From Thermoproteota archaeon (GTDB taxonomy: Archaea > Thermoproteota > Thermoprotei > Gearchaeales > Gearchaeaceae), in contig JAVVGF010000006.1 of assembly GCA_032249235.1 (NCBI GenBank), positions 1-45,729 on the forward strand: a DNA stretch of 45,729 bases, read 5' to 3'. Positions within the stretch are counted from its first letter, which is position 1. Each line of letters begins with the position of its first letter. Below are positions 16,986-26,407 of this stretch, piece after piece. The notes under the pieces were generated by a model. It saw only the letters and a program-made list of their open reading frames with translations. It had not been told where the DNA came from and searched no databases. A program made the position numbers and the translations under genes.

Positions 16986-18248
16986 ATGCCAAAGATTTCG
17001 CCGAAGGCAGAATTCTTAAGAAACAATCCAAACGTTCTTAGAGAAATAATGAATCTCATAGAAGAATACTCTAAAAAACCCGAAAAATATGCGAGAAAAT
17101 TAATTTATTTAGCGGGAGGATGGCCACAAGATCCGCCTCCTAAATTAATCAAAGAAGCTATTATTGAGATAATTAACAATGAGGAAAAGCTAGGAAGAGC
17201 AACTCAGTATGGACCAACTAGAGGACTTACAGAAACATTAGAATCAATTGTAAAATATGAAAAAGAAATATTTGGAAGGAATGTTCATGTAGATAATTTA
17301 ATAGTAACGAATGGGAGCACGGAATTAGCTGCTGCAGTAATGGAAGCACTGATAGGAGAAAATGATGAAATTATTTTGACTAAACCACATTATTTGAATT
17401 TTTCAAGACAGGCATTAATCGTTGGCGATTTGAAAGTAAAAATTAAGTATTGGGATTTAATAAGGGAAGATTTTAGATATGAGCCTGATACAGAACAACT
17501 CAAAGAATTGATAACGGATAAAACAAAGGCTATCATCCTAGCAAGTCCTGGGAATCCAGATGGACAAGTATTTAGCGATGAATTATTCAAAGAGATTTCT
17601 GAAATCGCTAAGGATAAGAAAATCTATTTGATAACTGATCTTGCTTATAGAGGTTTTTGCTACATTAAACAACCATATTATTTTAGCAAAGAAATTGAAC
17701 CGCATGAAATATTCATATGCACGCTTTCTAAGGAATTGAGAATTCCTGGTTTGAGAATGGCATATGCTATTGCTACAAAAGATTTAATAAGGAACTTTGA
17801 ACTGATTCAACAAGTAAGATCTTTATGCCCTAACGGTCTTACACAAAAAATTTTTGCTGAAATGATTGGTAGAGAAGAAAGCACAAAGATATTAAAAGAG
17901 TTCATTGAGAGAGGTAGGGAGGTATATCAAGGAGTTGCAAACTTTGGCTATAGGTATTTGAAAGATAAAATCCCAGAGTTTTATTTAAATGAACCAAAAG
18001 GTGCATTTTACTTATTCTTTAATCATTCAAAAATCTCTCCTAATTCTAGAGAATTCTGTTCAAATCTTTTAGAAAAGGTTCAAGTTGCTTTAGCTCCTGG
18101 AATAGACTTTGGAATGGATGGATGGACTAGATTATCAATATCTCCAGGCGTATTGAACGTTGAAATAATTAAGGAAGGAATTGACAGGATAAAAGAATAC
18201 ATAGACATGATAAAATACACAAACATTTATAAACCACCTATTACTTAA
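16986..18248 (+). CDS. PLP-dependent aminotransferase class I/II
   Basis: 'QYGPTRG', 'SPGNPDG', 'DLAY', 'TLSKELRIPGLRMAY'. Confidence 0.92.
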   Translation: MPKISPKAEFLRNNPNVLREIMNLIEEYSKKPEKYARKLIYLAGGWPQDPPPKLIKEAIIEIINNEEKLGRATQYGPTRGLTETLESIVKYEKEIFGRNVHVDNLIVTNGSTELAAAVMEALIGENDEIILTKPHYLNFSRQALIVGDLKVKIKYWDLIREDFRYEPDTEQLKELITDKTKAIILASPGNPDGQVFSDELFKEISEIAKDKKIYLITDLAYRGFCYIKQPYYFSKEIEPHEIFICTLSKELRIPGLRMAYAIATKDLIRNFELIQQVRSLCPNGLTQKIFAEMIGREESTKILKEFIERGREVYQGVANFGYRYLKDKIPEFYLNEPKGAFYLFFNHSKISPNSREFCSNLLEKVQVALAPGIDFGMDGWTRLSISPGVLNVEIIKEGIDRIKEYIDMIKYTNIYKPPIT

Positions 18249-18271
18249 TTTTCTATTAACAAGTGAGAACC

Positions 18272-18616
18272 ATGTCCGCAGAAGGTGCTAAATCTGAAGG
18301 AGTTCCTGTTGTTGGCGAACAAGAAAAAAGGCGAACAGCAATACCAGAGAATACTGTATTAATAGGCAAAAAGCCTATTATGGGTTACGTAGTAGCAACA
18401 TTAATGCAGTTCCAAAGAGGATCCAATAAAGCTATTTTAAAAGCCAGAGGCTCTAATATTTCAAGAGCCGTTGACGTTGTGGAAATACTGAGAAACAAAT
18501 TCCTACCAGGCGCTGTAGCTGTATCAAAGATTGAAATTGGAACAGAGCGTGTCGGGGAAGGAGAAAAAGCAAGAGACGTTTCAATAATAGAAATACACAT
18601 CGAAAAGATAAAGTAG
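18272..18616 (+). CDS. albA: Chromatin protein Alba
   Basis: 'VLIGKKPIMGYV', 'LKARGSNISRAVDVVEILRNKF', 'VSIIEI'. Confidence 0.96.
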   Translation: MSAEGAKSEGVPVVGEQEKRRTAIPENTVLIGKKPIMGYVVATLMQFQRGSNKAILKARGSNISRAVDVVEILRNKFLPGAVAVSKIEIGTERVGEGEKARDVSIIEIHIEKIK

Positions 18617-18634
18617 AAATTTTTTTAATTTTTT

Positions 18635-19177
18635 ATGTTTATAAAATTTTCTGATTTTAAAAAAGGAATTATTGGAACTTTATTTTTAATCTTTCTTATT
18701 CCAGTTTCAAATTTAATTATTATTAATTTCCCTTTTCAAAATAATTTTATTAATAAAATTGCACCTATATATTTTCTAATTTTTTTATTTAATCCTTATT
18801 TAAATAGAACTTCATCATTAATCGGAGGTTTCTTAGGATTTATTGCATTCAGTATAATTATAAGACTTCCTTTTCAATTAGCAGTTCCTTTTTCTATTGT
18901 TTCCTCAATAATTTTATATTTTCAAAATTCACTCTTCTATAGAGAGCCGGAAAAAATAAGGCATTTAATTTTAAACATTATATCTTGCGCATTGTTTGTA
19001 GCATTTTATGGATGGCTTTCTGCGATAACTTCTTCATTAGCAAACTTTTCTAGCTTTCTTCTTTCTTTTCAGGCATATTTCTATTTTGGCCTAATATCTA
19101 CGATGATTATAGTTCCTACCATGACTTATTTATACGGCTTAAAACTGCATAGCAATACGATGTGGTTAAGAAAATAA
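18635..19177 (+). CDS. Multi-pass membrane protein (possibly ECF S-component-like)
   Basis: About 5-6 TM segments, 180 aa; family not recognised with certainty. Confidence 0.55.
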   Translation: MFIKFSDFKKGIIGTLFLIFLIPVSNLIIINFPFQNNFINKIAPIYFLIFLFNPYLNRTSSLIGGFLGFIAFSIIIRLPFQLAVPFSIVSSIILYFQNSLFYREPEKIRHLILNIISCALFVAFYGWLSAITSSLANFSSFLLSFQAYFYFGLISTMIIVPTMTYLYGLKLHSNTMWLRK

Positions 19178-19200
19178 ACTAGTTAACTCTAAATTGTTTA

Positions 19201-19542
19201 ATGTCCGAAATAAAGCCAGTATATTCAATTAGAGTAGCTTCAATATCAGATATTGCAAGATTTGCAGCTTTAATGATAAGCCTAGGTCAACCTGCATATA
19301 TAATACATTTCAAACATGAGGAAGAAAATTATTATGGCATGCTAGCAATATTCCATGATTATTTCAATTTAAACGGTGTTCCAATATTTTATTATTGTTC
19401 AGCAAAAGAGGAAGGTAAATACATACTTGTAAAAGTAGATGAGGGAGGAGAACTTGTAATGTTTTCAGATAGAACAAAAGCAGGATACATATCAATACCT
19501 ATAATTACTCTTTACAAAAAACCAGAATTCATTCAACTATAG
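19201..19542 (+). CDS. Conserved crenarchaeal-type hypothetical protein
   Basis: 'IRVASISDIARFA...GVPIFYY...KYILVK...IPIITL' pattern. Confidence 0.6.
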   Translation: MSEIKPVYSIRVASISDIARFAALMISLGQPAYIIHFKHEEENYYGMLAIFHDYFNLNGVPIFYYCSAKEEGKYILVKVDEGGELVMFSDRTKAGYISIPIITLYKKPEFIQL

Positions 19543-19905
19543 CTTGAATGTAACGAAATTACCGGTTTTTAGTCTCAATAGATTTTGAAAACCTTCCGTT
19601 ACTTTACCTATATTTTCTAGTTCATCAACTTCCTTTTCTAAATAAATAACAATAGATTTGTTAAATGAGTCAAATGAAACATCTCCTTGCACATGTTCGC
19701 TTTTTTTCTTAATCGAACCATAGCTTACATCTACTTTAAACAGTATTTTGTTTTTCAAAACAAGAACAAATGCTTTTGTAGGAAGAACTCTTATAATTCG
19801 TTCTATTAAAATAGGATTAATATACCTAATCAGTTCTATCGTTGATATCAAATTTTCATTGTCCATTATTTTGACGATGTATTTCTCAAGGTTCGCGGAA
19901 TTCAT
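19537..19905 (-). CDS. Cyclophilin-like fold protein (divergent)
   Basis: 'IELIRYINPILIERIIRVLP...GDVSFDSFNKSIVIY...NIGKVTEG'. Confidence 0.55.
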   Translation of the reverse strand: MNSANLEKYIVKIMDNENLISTIELIRYINPILIERIIRVLPTKAFVLVLKNKILFKVDVSYGSIKKKSEHVQGDVSFDSFNKSIVIYLEKEVDELENIGKVTEGFQNLLRLKTGNFVTFKL

Positions 19906-20200
19906 AGATTTCTTGCTCTAAGAAAACTTCTAATATTACTATCTTTCCTGTAGTATTTAAAAACTTCATCAATTCTTTTTGAGCTATTTTAATAACCTTT
20001 TCAGAAGATCGATGATATATTCCCTTTGAAGTATCAATTAGTACTTTAGCCTTTTTGTGATCGAGACCATATAATAAAAAAAGTAAATTCAGAAGATTCT
20101 TTCTATTAAGCTTAACTTCATAGATTATTGGAATTATGTTTATTAAGAATGAAGCTTCAAGCATGAGTTGGCTTTTCTTTAAAATTTCACTTTCGGTCAT
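19886..20200 (-). CDS. Hypothetical protein downstream of the KaiC-like ATPase
   Basis: 104-aa ORF, co-directional and closely spaced. Confidence 0.55.
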   Translation of the reverse strand: MTESEILKKSQLMLEASFLINIIPIIYEVKLNRKNLLNLLFLLYGLDHKKAKVLIDTSKGIYHRSSEKVIKIAQKELMKFLNTTGKIVILEVFLEQEIYEFREP

Positions 20201-20215
20201 CTCTCTAGTAATACT

Positions 20216-21070
20216 TTATATATTGATATTTAAGCTCCCAACTTTCTGAGTTAAATTTTCAACCTGAATCTCAACGAGATCGTTGTTTAATATATCGAAC
20301 GAATGCCATCTTTTATCATGCTTGCACCCTCTCAATTTTCTTATTCTCAATTGCTTTATCAGTGAACCATATTGCATAGCAAGAGGATCATATCTAAAAT
20401 CTATTATTCCATCTACATGATATTCGATTACTTGCTCAAATTCTTCGAAGGATTTGATACCGAAATGTGAACTTGCAAAAACAGGTATATATCTCCTTTT
20501 ACATATTTCTAGCCTTATTACTTTTATTAAGTCAAGAATAGAATTAGGATCCATTTTGTATAACAACTCTGTTAAAGAATCAATCATTACTATTGCCTTT
20601 TTATATTTAATCATCAAATTGTTCAAGGATTGTATTAGCATGTTGAAAAGATTTTGCCAACCAGTAGGATAAAAGGATATTATGGAGTTTTGAAGTTCAT
20701 CATTATTATTTTGAATATTTAATTTATAAGAGAACAAATCTATTAATAACAGTTGATTCTTTTTCAAATACTTCTTTATTTTTGGTGAATAAAGTATCAT
20801 ATTTTCATAAACAGAAATAGGATGCTCATCAACGCACATGTATATGCAAGCATATTTATTTTGTAATAGTTTAGATGTCATACAATGGAAAATCGAAGAT
20901 TTTGCTATTCCTGCTTCTCCAGAAAAGATTACTAAAGAATTTGAAGGAAGGCCATCAATCATTAATTTATCGAATAAATCTATTCCGAGTTTAATTCTAG
21001 GAACAATGCTAAGCTTGAACCCCATAATTTTTTGCGATGAAAAATCCATTCTAAATTTTCCTTTCTTCAT
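20216..21070 (-). CDS. KaiC/RAD55-like (aRadC) RecA-superfamily ATPase
   Basis: 'LGIDLFDKLMIDGLP', Walker A-like GEAGIAKS, 'VMIDSL', 'VDGIIDF', 'LRIRKLRGCKH'. Confidence 0.88.
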   Translation of the reverse strand: MKKGKFRMDFSSQKIMGFKLSIVPRIKLGIDLFDKLMIDGLPSNSLVIFSGEAGIAKSSIFHCMTSKLLQNKYACIYMCVDEHPISVYENMILYSPKIKKYLKKNQLLLIDLFSYKLNIQNNNDELQNSIISFYPTGWQNLFNMLIQSLNNLMIKYKKAIVMIDSLTELLYKMDPNSILDLIKVIRLEICKRRYIPVFASSHFGIKSFEEFEQVIEYHVDGIIDFRYDPLAMQYGSLIKQLRIRKLRGCKHDKRWHSFDILNNDLVEIQVENLTQKVGSLNINI

Positions 21071-21095
21071 TAGATGATAATATTTTTATCAAAAC

Positions 21096-21120
21096 AATAC
21101 GAGTATTACCAGCGTAATAT
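21096..21120. promoter_or_regulatory. Overlapping inverted repeats just upstream of the RHH gene; candidate operator
   Basis: AATAC-GA-GTATT (21096-21107) and GTATTAC-CAGC-GTAATAT (21103-21120). Confidence 0.4.
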
Positions 21121-21298
21121 GAGAATAATATCAGTTAAACTGCCTCCCGCATATGTTGAGAAAATGGATCAAATGATAAAGGAAGGAAGATTCACAAGCA
21201 GAAGTGAAATAATAAGATTCGCATTGCTAGATTTGTTTAGAAAAGAGGAAGAATACAACAGTTTAAAGGAAAAAGTAAAGACAATGATAGGCCCTTAG
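21119..21298 (+). CDS. CopG/CdrS-like ribbon-helix-helix regulator
   Basis: 'MRIISVKLPPAYVEKMDQMIKEGRFTSRSEIIRFALLDLF'. Confidence 0.88.
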   Translation: MRIISVKLPPAYVEKMDQMIKEGRFTSRSEIIRFALLDLFRKEEEYNSLKEKVKTMIGP

Positions 21299-21846
21299 CT
21301 TTCAACTTCAATATCAGCCATCTCCTTTCCTAGATTTATCAATATTTTTTTGAATTTCATTTTCAATTCTTTTATTCTCTCTTTATCCGCATCTATAGAA
21401 AAAAGACCGTCGCATACAGCATTAGATACTTTTCTTAAAAGGTTTCTATTCAAATAACTTTCCCCTTTGATATAGCAAAAGCATATCATTCCAATTCCTA
21501 ACTTCTCTATTGCTGAAAGATTTTTGATAGGAGGAGCTACTACTGCATCGAATCCAAGGTTATAAATTAAGTTGAGTGTTTTTTCGTCCATAAAACGAGA
21601 AAATAAAGGCATAACTGCTATGGATTTAAGATTAAGCCTGTAGCAATCAGATAAAAAATTCGAAACATAATCGCCGAATCGCAAGAGAACTAAAAAATCA
21701 ACTAAGACTGCACAATAATAAGGCGCTTCTAATTTTTCTAGTAGCCATAAGAAATCTTTTTTCTTTTTCAAATCTCTTACAAATAAGAATTTCAATCTCC
21801 TCTTAGCTGCTTCTTCTAAAAATTTTGAGAAATCAGATCGAGACAT
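21295..21846 (-). CDS. Hypothetical protein, possibly a degenerate OMP-decarboxylase-like barrel
   Basis: 'LFVRD...LLEKLEAPYYCAV...LLRFG...LGFDAVVAPP' echoes PyrF, but DxKxxD is absent. Confidence 0.45.
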   Translation of the reverse strand: MSRSDFSKFLEEAAKRRLKFLFVRDLKKKKDFLWLLEKLEAPYYCAVLVDFLVLLRFGDYVSNFLSDCYRLNLKSIAVMPLFSRFMDEKTLNLIYNLGFDAVVAPPIKNLSAIEKLGIGMICFCYIKGESYLNRNLLRKVSNAVCDGLFSIDADKERIKELKMKFKKILINLGKEMADIEVES

Positions 21847-21880
21847 TCAAGATATTAATCTTCAATGTATTTATCTAATT

Positions 21881-22045
21881 ATGGACAGAGAAGAATTAAG
21901 AAAGTTATTATCAGAACGAGCAAATCTATTCAGTGGAATTAGAGATTATGAATTAGAAATTGTCAAAAGAATAGTTAGCATCGATAAAAAGCTTGATCTA
22001 TTAATTAAAAAAGTTGAAGAAATAGAAAAGAAATTGAATAAATGA
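21881..22045 (+). CDS. 54-aa coiled-coil protein (not in the ORF track)
   Basis: MDREELRKLLSERANLFSGIRDYELEIVKRIVSIDKKLDLLIKKVEEIEKKLNK; ATGA overlap with the next gene; fills the intergenic gap. Confidence 0.7.
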   Translation: MDREELRKLLSERANLFSGIRDYELEIVKRIVSIDKKLDLLIKKVEEIEKKLNK

Positions 22046-22236
22046 AGATAAGGGTCGCAAAATGTCCTAATTGCGGAGAAATAATGGCATTCTATGCACA
22101 CTACAAGAGCAAAGTATGTACTAGATGTGGTAAAAAATTTTTGGTAGCGAATAGTATTCAGCTTGGGTTGTTCGAAAATGCATATCAAGCAAGCGAATTC
22201 GTAAAGAGAGCTAAAATGAAGGAAAAGTATGGATGA
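22042..22236 (+). CDS. Zinc-ribbon protein (DUF1922-like)
   Basis: CPNCG...CTRCG. Confidence 0.75.
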   Translation: MKIRVAKCPNCGEIMAFYAHYKSKVCTRCGKKFLVANSIQLGLFENAYQASEFVKRAKMKEKYG

Positions 22237-22996
22237 AGTACGTGAGAATGATTATGTACTCCTGTATTTAGATGAAAAAAGAAAGTATTTAATAAAGTTA
22301 GAAAGAAATAAGAAGCTACATACACATAAAGGCTTTATTGTACTAGATGAAATAATAGGAAAAAAGTTTGGAGAGAAAATCAAAAGTAATATAGGCGAAG
22401 AATTCGTTATTTGTAAACCAACTATCAGAGATTTTATATTAAAATTCGCTAGGAAGACACAAATAATTTATCCAAAAGATGCAAGCTACATAGCATTTAT
22501 AGGAGGGATTTCTGATGGTTCTAGAGTAGTAGAAATAGGTACAGGAAGTGGAGCGTTGACTTGTTCATTGGCTAATTTGGTAAAACCAAGCGGTCATGTA
22601 TATTCCTATGAAATAAGAGAAGAATTCTATGAAATAGCGAAGAAAAATATTGAAATGCTCAATCTTTCTGAATATGTTACTCTCAAATTAAAAAATGCTT
22701 TGGAAGGAATAGATGAAAAAGATGTTGATTGCGTTGTTATGGATATTCCAAATCCATGGGATGCAATAGGTGTTGCCAAACAAGCATTGAAGGGTTCTGG
22801 AATATTAATTTCTTTTTCCCCTACTATAAATCAAGTTGAAAAAATTCTGAGAACATTAATTGAAAACAAATTCATAGATATTCATGTTGTTGAATTGATT
22901 GAACGAGAATTTCAAGCAGATCCTATAAAACTGAGACCAAAAACTACGATAATAGGTCATACAGGATACATAACTTGGGCTAGGAAAAGTATTTAA
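22229..22996 (+). CDS. trmI: tRNA (adenine-N1)-methyltransferase
   Basis: 'RKTQIIYPKD', 'VEIGTGSGALT', 'DIPNPW', 'GHTGY'. Confidence 0.96.
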   Translation: MDEVRENDYVLLYLDEKRKYLIKLERNKKLHTHKGFIVLDEIIGKKFGEKIKSNIGEEFVICKPTIRDFILKFARKTQIIYPKDASYIAFIGGISDGSRVVEIGTGSGALTCSLANLVKPSGHVYSYEIREEFYEIAKKNIEMLNLSEYVTLKLKNALEGIDEKDVDCVVMDIPNPWDAIGVAKQALKGSGILISFSPTINQVEKILRTLIENKFIDIHVVELIEREFQADPIKLRPKTTIIGHTGYITWARKSI

Positions 22997-23056
22997 TCGT
23001 TTCATAAATCAGATTTAGATTTATGATTTTTAAGAAAATGATTCTTAAAATTATAG

Positions 23057-24472
23057 ATGGAAGAAGAAAGCTTAATTGAAAAATTTGACAAAATTCTCAC
23101 TAATGCTAGGATTTATGAGTATGGAAAATATCCAGTTAAGGGTTGTGGAATTTGGTTACCTTACGGTTATGAATTAAGACAAAATGTCCTAAAAATAGTC
23201 AGAGAGATACTTTACAGAACAGGTCATAAGGAAGTTTTGCTACCTATGTTGATACCAAAAGATATGCTAGAAAAGGAGGCAAAGCACATAGCAGGTTTTC
23301 TTGAACAAGTATATTGGGTAACAAAAGGAGGTACTACGAAACTAGATGTTGAATTAGCTCTAAGACCTACTAGTGAAACAGCAATGACACATGTATTTAA
23401 AGACATGATATCTTCTTATAGAGACCTTCCGCTTAAAGTTTTCCAAATCGTTAGCATATTTCGATATGAAACAGAAGCTACGAGACCTATGATAAGAGTT
23501 AGAGAAGTTACAACTTTTAAGGAAGCTTTCACTTTCCACGAATCCAAAGAAGATGCGCTTAAACAATTCCAAGAGGCATATTCAATCTATTCAGAAATAT
23601 TTGATAAACTAGGAATACCTTATATAACTCCTGAAAGACCTTCATGGGATAGATTTCCGGGTGCAGAGATTACTGTAACATTTGATACAATATTACCTGA
23701 TGGTAAAACTCTTCAAATAGGATCTATTCATTACTTAGCACAAAGCTTCTCTAAAGTATTCGATGCTAAATTCATGAAAAAGGATGGAAGTTATGATTGG
23801 TTATACATGTTGAGTTATGGAATTTCTGAAAGGGTAATTGCTTCACTCATAATTCATTATGCTGATGATATAGGTGCTGTATTGCTACCTAGCATTGCAC
23901 CAATAAAGATTGTTGTGGTGCCAATATTCTATGAAGAATATAGACAAGAAATTTTGAATTATGCAAGAGAAATAAAAGATGCAATAGAATTAGCAGGATA
24001 TAATGTCGTGATCGATGATGATCCCGATAAAACTCCAGGTGAGAAATTCTATGAATGGGAAAGAATAGGAGTACCATTAAGAATCGAAATAGGTCCAAAA
24101 GAAATGAAAGAATTAAAAGTCACTCTTACGGATAGACTTAGAAGAAAGAAAACAGTTGAAAAGGAAAAGATGTTTAAAGAAATTAAAAACATGCTTAATT
24201 CGTTAGAAATAGAATTAAGAGATAAAATAAGGAATGAAATGTTCAAAAGGATCTTAAAAGTTAAAGCTGCAAACGAGCTCGGAAAAGTCTTGGATGAGAA
24301 GAAAGTTGCAATGTTTAGCATATGTAGCGATGAAAAATGCGGTATGAAAGTTGATGAACTAGTAAAAGGTGCAAAATTCATAGGTTATGATGTAAAAAAC
24401 AAAGAAAAAGGCAATTGCATTGTATGCGGTAAAGAAACAGATAAAATAGGATATTTGGCAAGAAAATATTAA
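23057..24472 (+). CDS. proS: Proline--tRNA ligase (archaeal type)
   Basis: 'YPVKG', 'ALRPTSET', 'FRYET...IRVRE', C-terminal Zn motif and 'ARKY'. Confidence 0.97.
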   Translation: MEEESLIEKFDKILTNARIYEYGKYPVKGCGIWLPYGYELRQNVLKIVREILYRTGHKEVLLPMLIPKDMLEKEAKHIAGFLEQVYWVTKGGTTKLDVELALRPTSETAMTHVFKDMISSYRDLPLKVFQIVSIFRYETEATRPMIRVREVTTFKEAFTFHESKEDALKQFQEAYSIYSEIFDKLGIPYITPERPSWDRFPGAEITVTFDTILPDGKTLQIGSIHYLAQSFSKVFDAKFMKKDGSYDWLYMLSYGISERVIASLIIHYADDIGAVLLPSIAPIKIVVVPIFYEEYRQEILNYAREIKDAIELAGYNVVIDDDPDKTPGEKFYEWERIGVPLRIEIGPKEMKELKVTLTDRLRRKKTVEKEKMFKEIKNMLNSLEIELRDKIRNEMFKRILKVKAANELGKVLDEKKVAMFSICSDEKCGMKVDELVKGAKFIGYDVKNKEKGNCIVCGKETDKIGYLARKY

Positions 24473-24515
24473 AGAATATTAAGCTACTAAATTAAGAAAG
24501 TTATGGTGATGAATT

Positions 24516-24806
24516 TTGCCAAAAAAGAGAAAGAGTAGAGGAAGAGCTAAAGGTGCAAAAGGAAGGGATTCCTTGCTATCATGCGATGGATGTGGAAGAT
24601 TGATACCTAGAGGAAAAGCTATAAAAGTTACAAAAGAGCAATCCTTCCTAGATCCCCAGCTCGAAGCAGAACTAGAAAAGAAAGGAGCTAGAATCATAAA
24701 GGCTCCTGTAACAGTCGTTTATTGTGTTTCATGTGCAATTTTCAGAGGAATAAGAAAAGTTAGAGCTGAAGAAGAAAGAGATAAAGAAAAAAGGCTCTTC
24801 TTTTAA
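24516..24806 (+). CDS. rps26e: 30S ribosomal protein eS26
   Basis: 'MPKKRKSRGR', 'CDGCGRLIPRGKAI', 'YCVSCAI...KVR'; TTG start with GGTGAT upstream. Confidence 0.96.
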   Translation: MPKKRKSRGRAKGAKGRDSLLSCDGCGRLIPRGKAIKVTKEQSFLDPQLEAELEKKGARIIKAPVTVVYCVSCAIFRGIRKVRAEEERDKEKRLFF

Positions 24807-24808
24807 TA

Positions 24809-26407
24809 ATGATAAAAACTTGGTTAGAGAGATTCGTAGATGAAATACTGAAAGAAAATAAGCAACGCTATGTAGTTAGTGGAGGAATGGCAGTATCAGG
24901 ACCAATTCATATAGGAAAATTGAGAGGTGAAGTAATTTATCCTTCAGTCATAACTAGAATGCTTAGGAAGGAAGGAAAAGAAGTAGAGCATATTGTAGTT
25001 ATTTATACGCAAGATCCTCTTAAAGCAAAAGAACCTTTAGTTACAAAAGATTTCATTGAAGAATGGAAAGGAGTAAGGATATTAAATGTCGAAGACCCAA
25101 AAGGTTGCCATGGCAATTGGGTTGAACATTTTTATGAGCCGTATCTCAAATCTTATGAAGAATATGGCATAACAGCAAAGCCCGTATTCACGCATGAAAT
25201 TTATGAAAACAATCCTAGGATGAAAGAAGCAATAAAAGTATTCTTAGAAAATAGAGAAAAAGCTAGAAAAATATTGAATAAATATAAAGGAGAGAAATTA
25301 CCTGCTAACTGGGTTCCATTAAAGCCTTTATGCGAAAAATGCTACAACATTTTGACTACGAAAGCTACTAATATAGAAGGAGAAGAAGTAACTTATTTTT
25401 GCCAGAAATGTGGTAACATAGGTAAAACTAAGATAAATCGAGGAAAACTTGAATGGAGAGCTGAATGGGTTAGTCTTTGGTATACTTTTTTAGTTGACAT
25501 TGAATTTTATGGAAAGGATCATGCTGCTGCAGGCGGAAGTAGAGATAGCTGTAATGAATTATATAAAGAGATATTTGGTTTAGAATATCCAAAAGGACTC
25601 GCTTATGAATGGGTTAGTCTTGTCATTGATGGAAAAAGAGAGCCTATGGGTAGTTCAGAAGGAGTTTCTTTCGATGTAGATGAATGGTTGAGGGTAGGAA
25701 GGCCTGAAGTTCTTAAATATTGGTATTTGGTTTCTAAAGAAAGAACGCATTTAGATTTCAATCCTGCAATAACAATTCCTTTAATTCATGAAGAATATGA
25801 TAGAGCTGAGAGAATATATTTTGGTATTGAAGAACCTCCTAGAAAAGATATGATATACGACATTAAATTTAGTTATGAAGCCGCAAATGACTTCAATCCA
25901 CCTAAAGAAATTCGAATTCAAATTCCTTATTCAATATTAGCTATTTTAGTACAAATATTGCCTAAGGAAAATAGGCTTGAGGAACTTGTAAAGAAATTAA
26001 GTAGAATAGGATATATAAATAAGGAATTAAATAACGCAGATCTAGAATTTCTAGCGAATTATTCATCAAAAGTAGCTTACTGGGTTGAGAAGTATGCAAA
26101 CGAAAACATGAAGATTAAGATTCTTGAAGCGCCACCTTCAATTTTAAAAGAAAAACTAAGCGAAAACGAAAGGAAAATGCTTGTTAATGTTCAGAATGTT
26201 TTAGAAAAATGGGATGGAAAGGATACAGTAAAGCTTGAAAGCGATTTATACGAAAGTATAAGATCAAGCGGTCTCTCACCTAAAGAAGGTTTCAAACTAC
26301 TTTACAATATAATCTTAGGTAAAGAAAGCGGCCCAAAGCTTGTTTCATTGATTCAAGCTACGGAAAAGGAAAGAATTCTAAAGCTAATTAAAGAAACTTT
26401 GTCTTAA
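24809..26407 (+). CDS. lysS: Lysine--tRNA ligase, class I
   Basis: 'SGPIHIGK', Zn-knuckle Cys pairs, 'GKLEWRAEW', 'GKDHAAAGGS', 'LGKESGPKL'. Confidence 0.95.
   Translation: MIKTWLERFVDEILKENKQRYVVSGGMAVSGPIHIGKLRGEVIYPSVITRMLRKEGKEVEHIVVIYTQDPLKAKEPLVTKDFIEEWKGVRILNVEDPKGCHGNWVEHFYEPYLKSYEEYGITAKPVFTHEIYENNPRMKEAIKVFLENREKARKILNKYKGEKLPANWVPLKPLCEKCYNILTTKATNIEGEEVTYFCQKCGNIGKTKINRGKLEWRAEWVSLWYTFLVDIEFYGKDHAAAGGSRDSCNELYKEIFGLEYPKGLAYEWVSLVIDGKREPMGSSEGVSFDVDEWLRVGRPEVLKYWYLVSKERTHLDFNPAITIPLIHEEYDRAERIYFGIEEPPRKDMIYDIKFSYEAANDFNPPKEIRIQIPYSILAILVQILPKENRLEELVKKLSRIGYINKELNNADLEFLANYSSKVAYWVEKYANENMKIKILEAPPSILKEKLSENERKMLVNVQNVLEKWDGKDTVKLESDLYESIRSSGLSPKEGFKLLYNIILGKESGPKLVSLIQATEKERILKLIKETLS

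Noticed and set aside
21946-22188. 80-aa minus-strand ORF
   Set aside because: Antisense to the coupled 54-aa and Zn-ribbon genes
25640-25665. LysRS 'PMGSSEG' instead of KMSKS
   Set aside because: Class I LysRS KMSKS loops are variable; all other motifs are intact
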